A DNA stretch of 64,000 bases from an uncultured Candidatus Saccharibacteria bacterium (GTDB taxonomy: Bacteria; Patescibacteriota; Minisyncoccia; Minisyncoccales; GWA2-38-27). The stretch is from assembly GCA_964509645.1 (NCBI GenBank), contig CAZDXV010000002.1:1934-65933 (forward strand), given 5' to 3'. Position 1 is the first letter of the stretch, and each line of letters opens with the position of its first letter. The position numbers and the translations under genes were made by a program. The notes under the pieces are model-generated. The model saw only the letters and a list, made by a program, of their open reading frames with translations, had not been told where the DNA came from and did no database searches. Positions 8,107 through 16,365 of this stretch are shown here, piece after piece.

Positions 8107-9873
8107 ATGCAGCTTTTAGAACTACACTTTAATCCCAAAAAAGAAGATAAGAGTTTTGACTCTTTTATCTTTGAACCCGAAAACATCTACGAAAAAAGAC
8201 TGGGAAGTTTGTATTTGGTGGGAGAAATTAAAAACGCCACGCCCAACAGCCAAAAACTATTAGCCGGACTAGCTAAAGAGATAAAGAAGAACTACTATAA
8301 ATTGGCTTCTAAGTCTCCTGACAAAGCCCTGGCGGGAGCTTTAAAAAAAGCCAATGACTTCCTTTCAGAAGAAGTAAAAAAAGACAACGTAAGCTGGCTT
8401 GGAAATTTAAACTTTGCTGTTTTATCTTTAAAAAATTTCAAGCTTAATTTTACAGAAACAGGGAACATTAAAGTAATACTGATAAGAGAGGGGCAGATTA
8501 CAGATATTAGCAAGGAATTAGAGCTTCAGGAGATAGAGCCCTATCCTTTAAAGATATTTTTCAATACGATTTCAGGAAAATTAGCAGAAAAAGACCTCCT
8601 TCTGATCCTGACAAAAGAGATTTACGGCTTTCTAAATGAAGAAGGAGTTTTGAATAAAATAGCTCAGCTGGAAAGCTATCGGCCGAAAGAAATCAAGAAA
8701 CAGATTCCTGCCAAACTTTTTACTAAAGGAAGAGGATCTAAAATCTCGGGGGTTTGTCTAGCAGTCTTTCTTAAAGAAGAAAAAACTTTTTCGGGAAAAG
8801 AGGTTTATAACCCAGAGAAAAAATCCTCCTTTTCTAAAATATTCGATCCCGTTATAAGGCCCGTTAAAAAAACAAAAAAGAAACTTTTAAAAATAAAGCC
8901 TTCTTTTAAGAAAAAGTCCCAAAAAAAGAAACTTCCTAAAAGGGGGGAGAAGTTTTTATTCTACTCGAATATAGCTTCGGCCATAACAGCTGTTAGAAAC
9001 TCAATTAAGGTTTTTAAAATTAAAAGAAATATTCTTCTAATATTATTTTTAATTATAATCCTCTTAACAGGGTTTCTTTTATTTAAGGGAGCTCAACTTA
9101 ACAAAAACACAACTGATATTCAAAACTTTCAAGAAATAGAAAATAAAATAAAAAAAGCTGAAAATTTTCTTGTATTTAAAGAAACAAAAGAAGCTGAAAG
9201 TTTGTTAAAAGAAGCTTGGAATCAGCTTTCTTCTTTAGAGTCAAAAAAAGCTCAAGAGCTGAAAAAAAGAACTGAAAAAAATCTTAAAGAAATTTACAAA
9301 TTTCAGGAAATAGAAAATTTAAAAATAGCAGAAAACCCCCCTTCTTTCTCTCCCCCTGAATTTTCGCAATTTATCCCTCCTCCTTTTGAATTCAGCTTTG
9401 ATGAGTTTGAATATTATCTTTCTAATATTTACTTTTTAGATAAAAAAAGTTGCGAAATTGTAAAATATAATAAGACAGGAGAAAACGGCTGGGGGCCTCC
9501 TCTGGATTGGTTAAAAGAAAAAAGCGACTGTTCAAATCCAAAATCCCTAGCAATCGACGGCTCAATATGGGTTTTAAACGGCGACAACTCTATTCTTCGT
9601 TATTATCAGGAAAACTTTGAGGAAAAAATAGCAATTGAATTATTTCCCTCTGCAGAAAACATAGAAAAAATAGCAACAAAAAAAGATTTTCCTTATCTTC
9701 TTCTTTTAGAGCCCGATAAAAAAAGAATAATCGTATCTGATAAAAAAGGAAAAATAATAAAACAAATATACAGCAAAGAGCTTGAAAATCCACAGGACCT
9801 TAAGATATCAAAAGATAGTAAAAGCATCTTTATTTTAGATAAAGATAGAATATACAGAATAGAAGCGTTTTAA
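8107..9873 (+). CDS. Hypothetical membrane protein: N-terminal PP2C/SpoIIE-like fold (tentative), central TM helix, C-terminal repeat/beta-rich ectodomain
   Basis: Long ORF with a lysine-rich linker, TM segment ILLILFLIIILLTGFLLF and a C-terminal beta-strand-like region. PP2C likeness rests only on weak pattern resemblance. Confidence 0.55.
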   Translation: MQLLELHFNPKKEDKSFDSFIFEPENIYEKRLGSLYLVGEIKNATPNSQKLLAGLAKEIKKNYYKLASKSPDKALAGALKKANDFLSEEVKKDNVSWLGNLNFAVLSLKNFKLNFTETGNIKVILIREGQITDISKELELQEIEPYPLKIFFNTISGKLAEKDLLLILTKEIYGFLNEEGVLNKIAQLESYRPKEIKKQIPAKLFTKGRGSKISGVCLAVFLKEEKTFSGKEVYNPEKKSSFSKIFDPVIRPVKKTKKKLLKIKPSFKKKSQKKKLPKRGEKFLFYSNIASAITAVRNSIKVFKIKRNILLILFLIIILLTGFLLFKGAQLNKNTTDIQNFQEIENKIKKAENFLVFKETKEAESLLKEAWNQLSSLESKKAQELKKRTEKNLKEIYKFQEIENLKIAENPPSFSPPEFSQFIPPPFEFSFDEFEYYLSNIYFLDKKSCEIVKYNKTGENGWGPPLDWLKEKSDCSNPKSLAIDGSIWVLNGDNSILRYYQENFEEKIAIELFPSAENIEKIATKKDFPYLLLLEPDKKRIIVSDKKGKIIKQIYSKELENPQDLKISKDSKSIFILDKDRIYRIEAF

Positions 9874-9888
9874 GCGTATTTTTAAAAA

Positions 9889-9916
9889 CAAAGAGCACTT
9901 TATAAAGCGCTCTTTG
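9889..9916. terminator. Bidirectional terminator between convergent genes (588-aa gene and rplL)
   Basis: Stem caaagagc/gctctttg with T-rich tracts on both strands. Confidence 0.6.
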
Positions 9917-9929
9917 TTTCCTGTAAAAG

Positions 9930-10418
9930 CTATTTCAGCTCTACTTTAGCTCCTGCTTCTTCAAACTTCTTTTTCATCTCTTCTGCTTCTTCTTTTTTAA
10001 CTCCCTCCTTTATAGTTTGAGGTTCTGATGCAGCTGCGTCAACTAAATCTTTAGCGTCTTTTAGCCCTTTTTGAGTAATATCTCTTACAACCTTAATAAC
10101 TTCAATCTTTTTATCGCCTATAGAGCTTAGAATAATATTAAACTCTGATTTCTCTTCTGCCTGCTCTCCTTCTTCCTGTCCTCCGGCTGGAGCTGCGGCT
10201 ACTGGAGCTGCGGCCGAAACACCGAATTTCTTCTCTAGAATCTTAACAAGCTCTGCCAAATCAAGAACACTCATACTCTCAACTTTTTCAACTAAATCTT
10301 TGAACTTATCAGGAACTTCTATTTCTTCTTTAGATTCTTCCTTTTTGGAGTTTTCTTTCTTCTCCTCTTCTTGAGATTTCTCCTCTTTGGGAGTTTCTTC
10401 TTTTTTTTCTTCTGCCAT
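9930..10418 (-). CDS. rplL: 50S ribosomal protein L7/L12 with about 36-aa Lys/Glu-rich N-terminal extension
   Basis: [19 protein letters not shown], an Ala/Pro hinge, and C-terminal domain [23 protein letters not shown]...GAKVELK. Lies 6 nt after rplJ. Confidence 0.9.
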   Translation of the reverse strand: MAEEKKEETPKEEKSQEEEKKENSKKEESKEEIEVPDKFKDLVEKVESMSVLDLAELVKILEKKFGVSAAAPVAAAPAGGQEEGEQAEEKSEFNIILSSIGDKKIEVIKVVRDITQKGLKDAKDLVDAAASEPQTIKEGVKKEEAEEMKKKFEEAGAKVELK

Positions 10419-10424
10419 GATTTA

Positions 10425-10946
10425 TTAATTTTTAGCGTTTTTAATAGCGGTTAAAGCGTAAATTAAAGACCTTGAATTACCCTGTAATACGCTTACAAAA
10501 TTGGAAATTGGAGCCGATATGCTCCCCACGACCTTTGCCAAAAGTTCATCCTTTGAAGGAATCTTGGCTAATGTAATTATTTCTTCCGAACTTTTGAATT
10601 TATTTTCTAAAAATCCACCTAATATTTTTAAATTCTCGTTTTCTTTTGCGAAGTTATAGGGTATTTTAGCCGACATTACGGGATCTTCAAATCCGAATAT
10701 TAAAGCAATCTGACCTTCTAAACTACCTTCTTTCAATTCAAGCCCTTTTTCTTTGAGGGCGCGCTTAGCTAGCGTTTTTTTTGCCACCTTAAGAATACAG
10801 CCTGATTTCTTCAGCTCTTTTCTTAGGTTGAAAACATCATCAGCTTTTAATCCTGAATAGTTTATAAAAACAAGAGCTTCTTGCTTTTCAAGGCTTTCTT
10901 TTATTTCTTCTAAAGATTTTTGTTTTTCTTCTTTTGTTTTAGCCAT
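10425..10946 (-). CDS. rplJ: 50S ribosomal protein L10
   Basis: Typical L10 N-terminus (KEEKQKSLEEIKESLEKQEALVFINYSGL) and position before rplL. Confidence 0.9.
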   Translation of the reverse strand: MAKTKEEKQKSLEEIKESLEKQEALVFINYSGLKADDVFNLRKELKKSGCILKVAKKTLAKRALKEKGLELKEGSLEGQIALIFGFEDPVMSAKIPYNFAKENENLKILGGFLENKFKSSEEIITLAKIPSKDELLAKVVGSISAPISNFVSVLQGNSRSLIYALTAIKNAKN

Positions 10947-11040
10947 AAAAAACAGCTGTCACCGCAGACAGCATAAAAAAACTTTTAAATGCGCCTCGAT
11001 GGGATTTACTCCGAAAAGATACCCATTGTCTGCGGCTATA
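10947..11040 (-). promoter_or_regulatory. Structured rplJ leader (candidate L10-responsive attenuator)
   Basis: GCCGCAGACA (11027-11036 region) pairs with TGTCTGCGGT (10961-10970). An alternative hairpin GCTGTC-TGCGGT-GACAGC followed by TGTTTTTT sits immediately before the ATG. Confidence 0.45.
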
Positions 11041-11058
11041 ATTAAATTGTATGTTTCT

Positions 11059-11086
11059 ATCTTACTTTTTTTGAAAAGAATGTCAA
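11059..11086 (-). promoter_or_regulatory. Candidate rplJL promoter TTGACA-16-TAAGAT
   Basis: Minus strand reads TTGACAttcttttcaaaaaaagTAAGAT, just after the stop of the upstream gene. Confidence 0.45.
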
Positions 11087-11090
11087 CCCC

Positions 11091-12248
11091 TTACTTCTCA
11101 ATGCACATCAATCTCTGCCTTAGATTGCAGTATTTTCCTTGGGAGGGACTGAGTTTGGTTTCTGTTTCTCCGAGTCCTAAGGCTCCAGAAGCTACTGCAT
11201 CTGTAGATTTTCCCTGGGGCGTATAACAGGTTGGAAAGGAGGGCTTTGAAGCACCAACAGGTACAGGATAGCCCTCTACAAACTTGTCTGATCTCGTCCA
11301 ATTCTGACAGGTAGTTGTAAAGGTGTATTTTTCTGCCAGGTTCGCATAAGGATCGGCGGCAACAGAGGCTATAATTTCGCAATTCTTTTTACTCTGACCC
11401 GTAACCCGCCCCAGCCATACTTCGCCAAGCTTCTGATAGAAAGAGTTTCCCAGTCTTTTTTGATTTAAATCTTTCTCGTCTGAAAACTTCTTTAAAAACT
11501 CGTTAATATTCTTACCCAAAACCCTATGGCACGTATCTCCTCTTAAAAGAACAGCTTCTGCCTGAGCGTCAACATACGTCCCTTCCGTTCCTCTTTCTGT
11601 GTCTTCTAGTCTTTGAAGCGCCGTCTCGTTATCTCCGTCTCCACCTAGAAAAGCCATCCACTCTCCTTCGTATCCCAAATTATCAGCTTCTGATTGACAC
11701 TTCTCGTCTGCTCCAATCATTCCCCCCAAATCACCCGTATATTTTTCTTCTGTAATAAAGACCTTCCTTAGGTCAGGGTAATCGCTTGGAATATAGGGCC
11801 ATTCGTTTTGAAGAGAAATAGCATCGCATGTAGCAAGTTCCGGGAAAACGATTGCAAAAGCTCCATCAGAATAATCTATTACATTCCCCTCCTGCCAAGG
11901 ATATTCAAAAATAGCAACCCAGTAATCATCTCTGTATTCCTGGCCGGGGTGTATTTTCCAGCTGTATTCTTCATTTCCCGCTGCAATGTTTTTTGCTATC
12001 CATTTAGGCTCTGATCCTTTAAAAAGGACTATTCCCACTTTGTCTACTCCTCTTGATTTCCATTTTATATTATATGTCTCCCCTATCTGCCACCCCTCTC
12101 TTCCATTAGGAGAGATTATTTCCATATTTTTAGTAAAATGGGTATAAAAAAGATAAAACAAAAAACTAAACACGATTAAAACTGCAACTATTATAACGTA
12201 TAAAAGATTTCTCTCTATTGTGAATTTATCCAAAAAAGAAGTGTTCAT
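11091..12248 (-). CDS. Secreted/anchored protein with Kre9/KNH-like N-domain and DUF1554-like Cys-rich C-domain (tentative)
   Basis: N-terminal TM helix. SPNGREGWQIGETYNIKWKSRG pattern. GDLGGMIGADEKCQSEADNLGYEGEWMAFLG resembles the DUF1554 core. Confidence 0.5.
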   Translation of the reverse strand: MNTSFLDKFTIERNLLYVIIVAVLIVFSFLFYLFYTHFTKNMEIISPNGREGWQIGETYNIKWKSRGVDKVGIVLFKGSEPKWIAKNIAAGNEEYSWKIHPGQEYRDDYWVAIFEYPWQEGNVIDYSDGAFAIVFPELATCDAISLQNEWPYIPSDYPDLRKVFITEEKYTGDLGGMIGADEKCQSEADNLGYEGEWMAFLGGDGDNETALQRLEDTERGTEGTYVDAQAEAVLLRGDTCHRVLGKNINEFLKKFSDEKDLNQKRLGNSFYQKLGEVWLGRVTGQSKKNCEIIASVAADPYANLAEKYTFTTTCQNWTRSDKFVEGYPVPVGASKPSFPTCYTPQGKSTDAVASGALGLGETETKLSPSQGKYCNLRQRLMCIEK

Positions 12249-12252
12249 ATTT

Positions 12253-12873
12253 TTATTTTTGTAACAGGCAGGGAGGATTTACTTTCTGCTCCAGCCTGTC
12301 TCTTATAATTTTTACTTCCTCTAGACTGTACCTTTCCACGGGAGTCCAAAGAAAAGATATTTTAAGGTCTTTGCTGCAGTTTTCAATCCAGCATGATCTT
12401 CCTCTTGCGCTATCAAAATTTATTCTACTCCCTTCCCCTATATATATTTTATCATATCCTTCCGCTTTTGGACAAAGAATAGCAAAAACTGATTTGTTTT
12501 CAATATAGCCAACATCTTTTAAGCTGTAAGGCCCTCTGAAATAAAGATTTTCTATTTCTATATAATCTGGCTGGGGAGGAAAACCTATAGAGGCAGAAGC
12601 AGGAAATTCCCCTCTTCCTTTTCTGGCTCCTGACAAATACCATCTCTGAAGAAGATAAGTTACAAAATAAAAGACCAAGACCACTAAAGCTGTTATAGAA
12701 AAAACAATAAAACCCCTTATTAAGATCTTCCTTCCTTTTTGAAGCTTGTCTACGGTTCCTTTGGCGGTTAGAAGAATTATCCCGCCCCAAAAACACAATA
12801 CAAAGCTCGCAAAAAATGACAGAGCAAAGATTATAGCTGGAAGATTGGCAACAACATCAAAAGATTGATTCAT
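12253..12873 (-). CDS. Hypothetical membrane protein (2 TM helices plus C-terminal soluble domain)
   Basis: 206-aa ORF overlapping the DJ-1 gene by 4 nt (ATGA). No recognised family. Confidence 0.5.
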   Translation of the reverse strand: MNQSFDVVANLPAIIFALSFFASFVLCFWGGIILLTAKGTVDKLQKGRKILIRGFIVFSITALVVLVFYFVTYLLQRWYLSGARKGRGEFPASASIGFPPQPDYIEIENLYFRGPYSLKDVGYIENKSVFAILCPKAEGYDKIYIGEGSRINFDSARGRSCWIENCSKDLKISFLWTPVERYSLEEVKIIRDRLEQKVNPPCLLQK

Positions 12874-13391
12874 TGTAATTTGCTTATTATTTTTTTAGCA
12901 AAAACTTCAGCTAAAGACGGCCCTGAAGCCGTAATAATATTTCCGTCCTCTGTTAAAGAATCTGGCGTATAGATAGCACCACTGCTCTCTAAAATCTTTA
13001 CCGCTGATTTATCCATATTACTTCTCCAAACTGTAGCTTTTCTTCCTTTTAAAACGCCTGCCCTAGCCAGAATAGTTGGCGCTATGCAAATAGCTCCTAA
13101 AATCTTTTCTCCATCAAGAGTCTCTCGGGCTATTCTGTGGCAATTTTCATTATCAATCATCTTATGGGCTCCGGGGCCTCCTAAGAATAGAACGGCGTCA
13201 AACTCTAAAACATTAAGTTCACTGATTAATATTTCCGCTTCAGTCTCTCCTCCCAAACTACCCATGGCTTTTCCTTTAGAAGTGCTTACCGTTTTTGTTT
13301 CAAAGCCTGCTTTTTCTAGTTTTTCTTTGGGTATAAAGTATTCTTCATCTCTGAAGTCCTGAAAGGCTATAATTAAAGCTACTTTTGCCAT
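12870..13391 (-). CDS. DJ-1/PfpI family protein
   Basis: Nucleophile-elbow motif AICIAP, FLGGPGA, and typical length. Confidence 0.85.
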   Translation of the reverse strand: MAKVALIIAFQDFRDEEYFIPKEKLEKAGFETKTVSTSKGKAMGSLGGETEAEILISELNVLEFDAVLFLGGPGAHKMIDNENCHRIARETLDGEKILGAICIAPTILARAGVLKGRKATVWRSNMDKSAVKILESSGAIYTPDSLTEDGNIITASGPSLAEVFAKKIISKLQ

Positions 13392-13427
13392 TATTTAATT
13401 ATAGCAAGATATAAAAAACAATAAAAC

Positions 13428-14453
13428 CTATTTTAAATGTTCGGCTTTGGCTCCATTGTGCTCCTCTAAGGTTCTGCTGAAAACAGTTTCTCCTTCCGGA
13501 GTGGATAAATAATACCAAAAAAAGCTTTCTTCGGGAGAAAGAGCAGCTTTAATGCTATCCAGCCCCGGATTGCAAATAGGACCCAGAGGAAGTCCTTTGT
13601 ATTTATAAGTATTAAAAGGAGAATCGATTTTAGTTTCTTCCCGAGAAACTTTAACGCTCTTTTTGCCTGTAAGATAAATTATCGTGCTATCCACTTGAAG
13701 AGGAACACCGTGTTCCAGTCTTTTCCAGAGAACACCTGAGACTATTTTTTTATCTTCAAAAGTTCTTACTTCTTTTTCTATTAAAGAGGCCATTGTTAAG
13801 ACCTCAAAAAGAGTCCTTCCTTGTTTTTCTGCTTTAGATCTTAGTTCTGGATTAAACTTATCATCAAAGTTTTTAAGTATTTTCCCGATAACTTCTTCCA
13901 AGGAAGCTGAAGGATGTATTTCATAAGTATCTGGAAAGAGAAAACCTTCTAAACTGATATTGCTCGGCTTGTTTTTTAAAAAATCAAACCGGGAAATAAA
14001 ATTATCAGACAAATCGGTCTTAAGATAATCTGTTCCTGGATAGCCTGCTTTTTCAAAAAACTGCTCAGCTGAAAAAAGACCTCTTTCTTCCAGATAGAAA
14101 GCTATATCTCTAAGGTTCCATCCTTCTATTATGGTAATCTTATTTTTAAGAACACCCCCCTTAAAAAACTTATCTGCTATAGTAGGAACATTCATAGATT
14201 TTGAAAGCGAATACTCTCCGGCCTTCAATTTTCCTCCTGTGCCCTTCAATAAAACATAAAGGCGGAAAGGAAAGCTCCATCTAATAATCTCTTTCTCTTC
14301 AAGACTTAAAGCTATTTCTTTTGCTCCCTCCCCTTTTTCAACCAAAAACTGCTCTGATTCAGAAACCTTTTTTGCCGGAAGATAAATACCAACAGCTAAA
14401 AAAGCTAGAAAAAACAGCGTAATTATTAAAAAACTAATTATTATTATTTTCAT
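13428..14453 (-). CDS. mltG: Endolytic murein transglycosylase MltG (YceG-like)
   Basis: N-terminal TM helix plus YceG pattern (EGWNLRDIA, EGFLFPDTYE, ASLIEKE, NTYKYKGLPLGPICNPG). Confidence 0.85.
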   Translation of the reverse strand: MKIIIISFLIITLFFLAFLAVGIYLPAKKVSESEQFLVEKGEGAKEIALSLEEKEIIRWSFPFRLYVLLKGTGGKLKAGEYSLSKSMNVPTIADKFFKGGVLKNKITIIEGWNLRDIAFYLEERGLFSAEQFFEKAGYPGTDYLKTDLSDNFISRFDFLKNKPSNISLEGFLFPDTYEIHPSASLEEVIGKILKNFDDKFNPELRSKAEKQGRTLFEVLTMASLIEKEVRTFEDKKIVSGVLWKRLEHGVPLQVDSTIIYLTGKKSVKVSREETKIDSPFNTYKYKGLPLGPICNPGLDSIKAALSPEESFFWYYLSTPEGETVFSRTLEEHNGAKAEHLK

Positions 14454-15064
14454 TTTTCAATAAGAGGAACGAAGGTAAATCCTTCATGCTCTTCTTTTTT
14501 AAGCTTTCCACCTTTCTTTTCTAAAACCCAGATAGAATGCCTTACGGGAGTTACAATTATTCCGCCCTCTTTAAGCTGTTTTTTCCAGGCTAAGGGTATT
14601 TTATCTTGAACTGCAGCAGAAGCTAAAATTTTATCAAAAGGAGCTTCACTTTTATACCCTTTTGTTCCATCAGCTAAAGCAAACTGAGCTGTTCCTTTTT
14701 TAATAAAGTTGTATTTAGAAACATTTTTTTCCCCAAACTCCCTTAGCTCGGGAATAACTTCTAAAGCTACAACTTTTCCCTTATCTCCCACTAAATAGGA
14801 TAAAAGAGCTGTAGTCCAACCAGATCCGGAACCAATATCTAAAACAATATCTCCTTCCGAAACTTGAAGTTTTTCTATCATAAAAGCCACAACTAGGGGC
14901 TGAGATATTGTTTGATCAAATCCTATAGAAAAAGCCTCATTGACTTCAGCTAAATTCCTTATTTCTTCTGGCATAAAATCTGCCCTGTCAATACTCCTAA
15001 AGGCATCAATAACCTTATCTGTTTTAAGCCACCCTTCTTTGATTAAATCATCAACTAAACTCAT
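14450..15064 (-). CDS. pcm: Protein-L-isoaspartate O-methyltransferase
   Basis: QTISQP motif and SAM motif VLDIGSGSGWTTALL. Confidence 0.85.
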   Translation of the reverse strand: MSLVDDLIKEGWLKTDKVIDAFRSIDRADFMPEEIRNLAEVNEAFSIGFDQTISQPLVVAFMIEKLQVSEGDIVLDIGSGSGWTTALLSYLVGDKGKVVALEVIPELREFGEKNVSKYNFIKKGTAQFALADGTKGYKSEAPFDKILASAAVQDKIPLAWKKQLKEGGIIVTPVRHSIWVLEKKGGKLKKEEHEGFTFVPLIEK

Positions 15065-15558
15065 AGAAGAGGATGCCTTAATTTAAAAAATATCTTTCTT
15101 AAAAGAGGTAAGCGGTTAAAAAACAAAACACCGTCCAAATGATCTATTTCATGCTGAAAAACTCTTGCAGCTAAACCCTCTGCTTTAATTCTTACTTTCT
15201 CTTCTTTTTTATTCAGAGCTTCAACTTCTATTTTTTGAGCCCTGTTTATTTTCAAAAAAATACCGGGGAAACTTAGACATCCTTCTTCTCCTAATTCTTT
15301 TTCCTTGCTTTTATTGATAATCTTAGGATTTGCCAATACCAAAACCCCTCCTTCTTTAGGATCCGCTACAGCCATTATTCTTTTTGAGATCCCGACCTGA
15401 GGAGCAGCTAGTCCGATACCGTCTTTTTTAACCATAGTTTCTGCCAAGCTGTCAGCAAATTTTTGGTCTATTCCATTTACTTTCTCTGCTTTTTTTCTTA
15501 AAACAGGATCTCTAAATTTTCTTATCTCTAATAAAGACATATACTTATGATATGACAT
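15061..15558 (-). CDS. def: Peptide deformylase
   Basis: Motifs GIGLAAPQ, EGCLSFPG and HEIDHLDG. Confidence 0.95.
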   Translation of the reverse strand: MSYHKYMSLLEIRKFRDPVLRKKAEKVNGIDQKFADSLAETMVKKDGIGLAAPQVGISKRIMAVADPKEGGVLVLANPKIINKSKEKELGEEGCLSFPGIFLKINRAQKIEVEALNKKEEKVRIKAEGLAARVFQHEIDHLDGVLFFNRLPLLRKIFFKLRHPLL

Positions 15559-15572
15559 TTTAAACTTTTTTT

Positions 15573-15795
15573 CAAAAAAAAGGGGTCTTGAAGACCCCTT
15601 GAAGGCTTAGTGGAGAGAGAAGAAAAAAAGTGGAGACCATACTCCTGAAAGGCGTAGACAACCACTGCGGCCTAGGTACTGCGCTGAGGGGACAGTTTCT
15701 TGCAAGCCGCAACGAAGGCCCCGGGGCAGAAACACCTGGCAGACCTTACAACCTTTCCTTTTGCTCTTCTCTCTCCTTTACTCTCTTAAAGAACT
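15573..15795 (-). ncRNA. Unclassified structured small RNA (rod-like, 6S-like architecture; class unresolved), including its terminator hairpin 15573-15600
   Basis: GC-rich patch in AT-rich DNA. A 12-bp closing helix (15612-15623 with 15765-15776), further nested helices, its own promoter, and a terminator GGGGTCT/AGACCCC followed by a run of T on the minus strand. Confidence 0.5.
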
Positions 15796-15801
15796 ATTTT
15801 C

Positions 15802-15830
15802 TTTTTAACAAAGGAGAAAACATTTGTCAA
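15802..15830 (-). promoter_or_regulatory. Candidate promoter TTGACA-17-TAAAAA for the small RNA
   Basis: Minus strand reads TTGACAaatgttttctcctttgtTAAAAA. Confidence 0.45.
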
Positions 15831-15849
15831 TAGGAGGCTTTTCATAGTG

Positions 15850-15921
15850 CGGGGGTACTAGGACTCGAACCTAGAAAACCAGTTTTGGAAACTGGTAGTT
15901 TTCCAATTAGCTTATACCCCC
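15850..15921 (-). tRNA. tRNA-Trp (anticodon CCA)
   Basis: Hand fold: GGGGGTA acceptor, D-loop AATTGGAA, anticodon loop TTCCAAA, T-arm CTAGG-TTCGAGT-CCTAG, discriminator G. Confidence 0.9.
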
Positions 15922-16098
15922 GATCTTATTACCTATCTTTTCAAAAACTCCTTCGGAACCCTCTCCTTTCATCGGAAAAGCTTTGTCTTGCTCCTGCTTA
16001 AAATAACGCAATAAGTAAATCTCTTTCCGTCTTTTGCGTAATGATTCGCGCATATCGCGTCCTTTCTCCCCAAATCTTCTTCTCAAGTTCTTTAGAAC

Positions 16099-16263
16099 TT
16101 ATTTCTTCTTTTCTTTATGAACAGTGTGCTTTTTGCACCATTTACAGAATTTCTTCAAGTCTAACTTCTCCTCAGTCATAGTTTTGGACTTGGTTGTAAA
16201 GTAATTTACTCTATTACATTCTGTGCATTGAAGCTTAATGTATGATTTTTTCTTTTTTGCCAT
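16099..16263 (-). CDS. rpmG: 50S ribosomal protein L33 (54 aa, unlisted ORF)
   Basis: Translation is [54 protein letters not shown], with the two CxxC pairs typical of L33. Confidence 0.9.
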   Translation of the reverse strand: MAKKKKSYIKLQCTECNRVNYFTTKSKTMTEEKLDLKKFCKWCKKHTVHKEKKK

Positions 16264-16286
16264 AATTTTAAATATTGTTTATTATG

Positions 16287-16359
16287 AGCCAAGGACGAGA
16301 TTTGAACTCGTGACCTTCCCCTTACCATGGGGATGCTCTACCGACTGAGCTACCTTGGC
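16287..16359 (-). tRNA. tRNA-Thr (anticodon GGT)
   Basis: Hand fold: GCCAAGG acceptor, D-loop AGTCGGTA, anticodon loop ATGGTAA, T-loop TTCAAAT. Confidence 0.9.
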
Positions 16360-16365
16360 GACTTG

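Noticed and set aside
12253-12873. GIY-YIG nuclease-like reading of the 206-aa membrane protein C-terminal domain (VFAIL...KIYIGEG)
   Set aside because: The resemblance rests on one short YIG-like string. The other GIY-YIG catalytic residues could not be placed by eye.
15573-15795. Assigning the small RNA to SRP (4.5S) RNA, RNase P RNA or tmRNA
   Set aside because: In either orientation I could not find the SRP domain IV signature (CAGG ... GNRA tetraloop ... AGCAG), the RNase P conserved regions or a tRNA-like 3-prime end. A shared CUGGCAG string with E. coli 4.5S RNA is too short to count. The class is left open.
15630-15833. 67-aa plus-strand ORF
   Set aside because: It coincides with the structured GC-rich RNA locus, which has a promoter and terminator on the opposite strand. 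It is more plausibly non-coding.
15922-16098. 49-aa minus-strand ORF (MRESLRKRRKEIYLL...) and short hairpins in the rpmG to tRNA-Trp spacer
   Set aside because: The ORF runs into the tRNA-Trp gene and has no family resemblance. The hairpins (CGCG...CGCG and ACGCAA...TTGCGT) are short. I noted them but they are not enough to call a feature.
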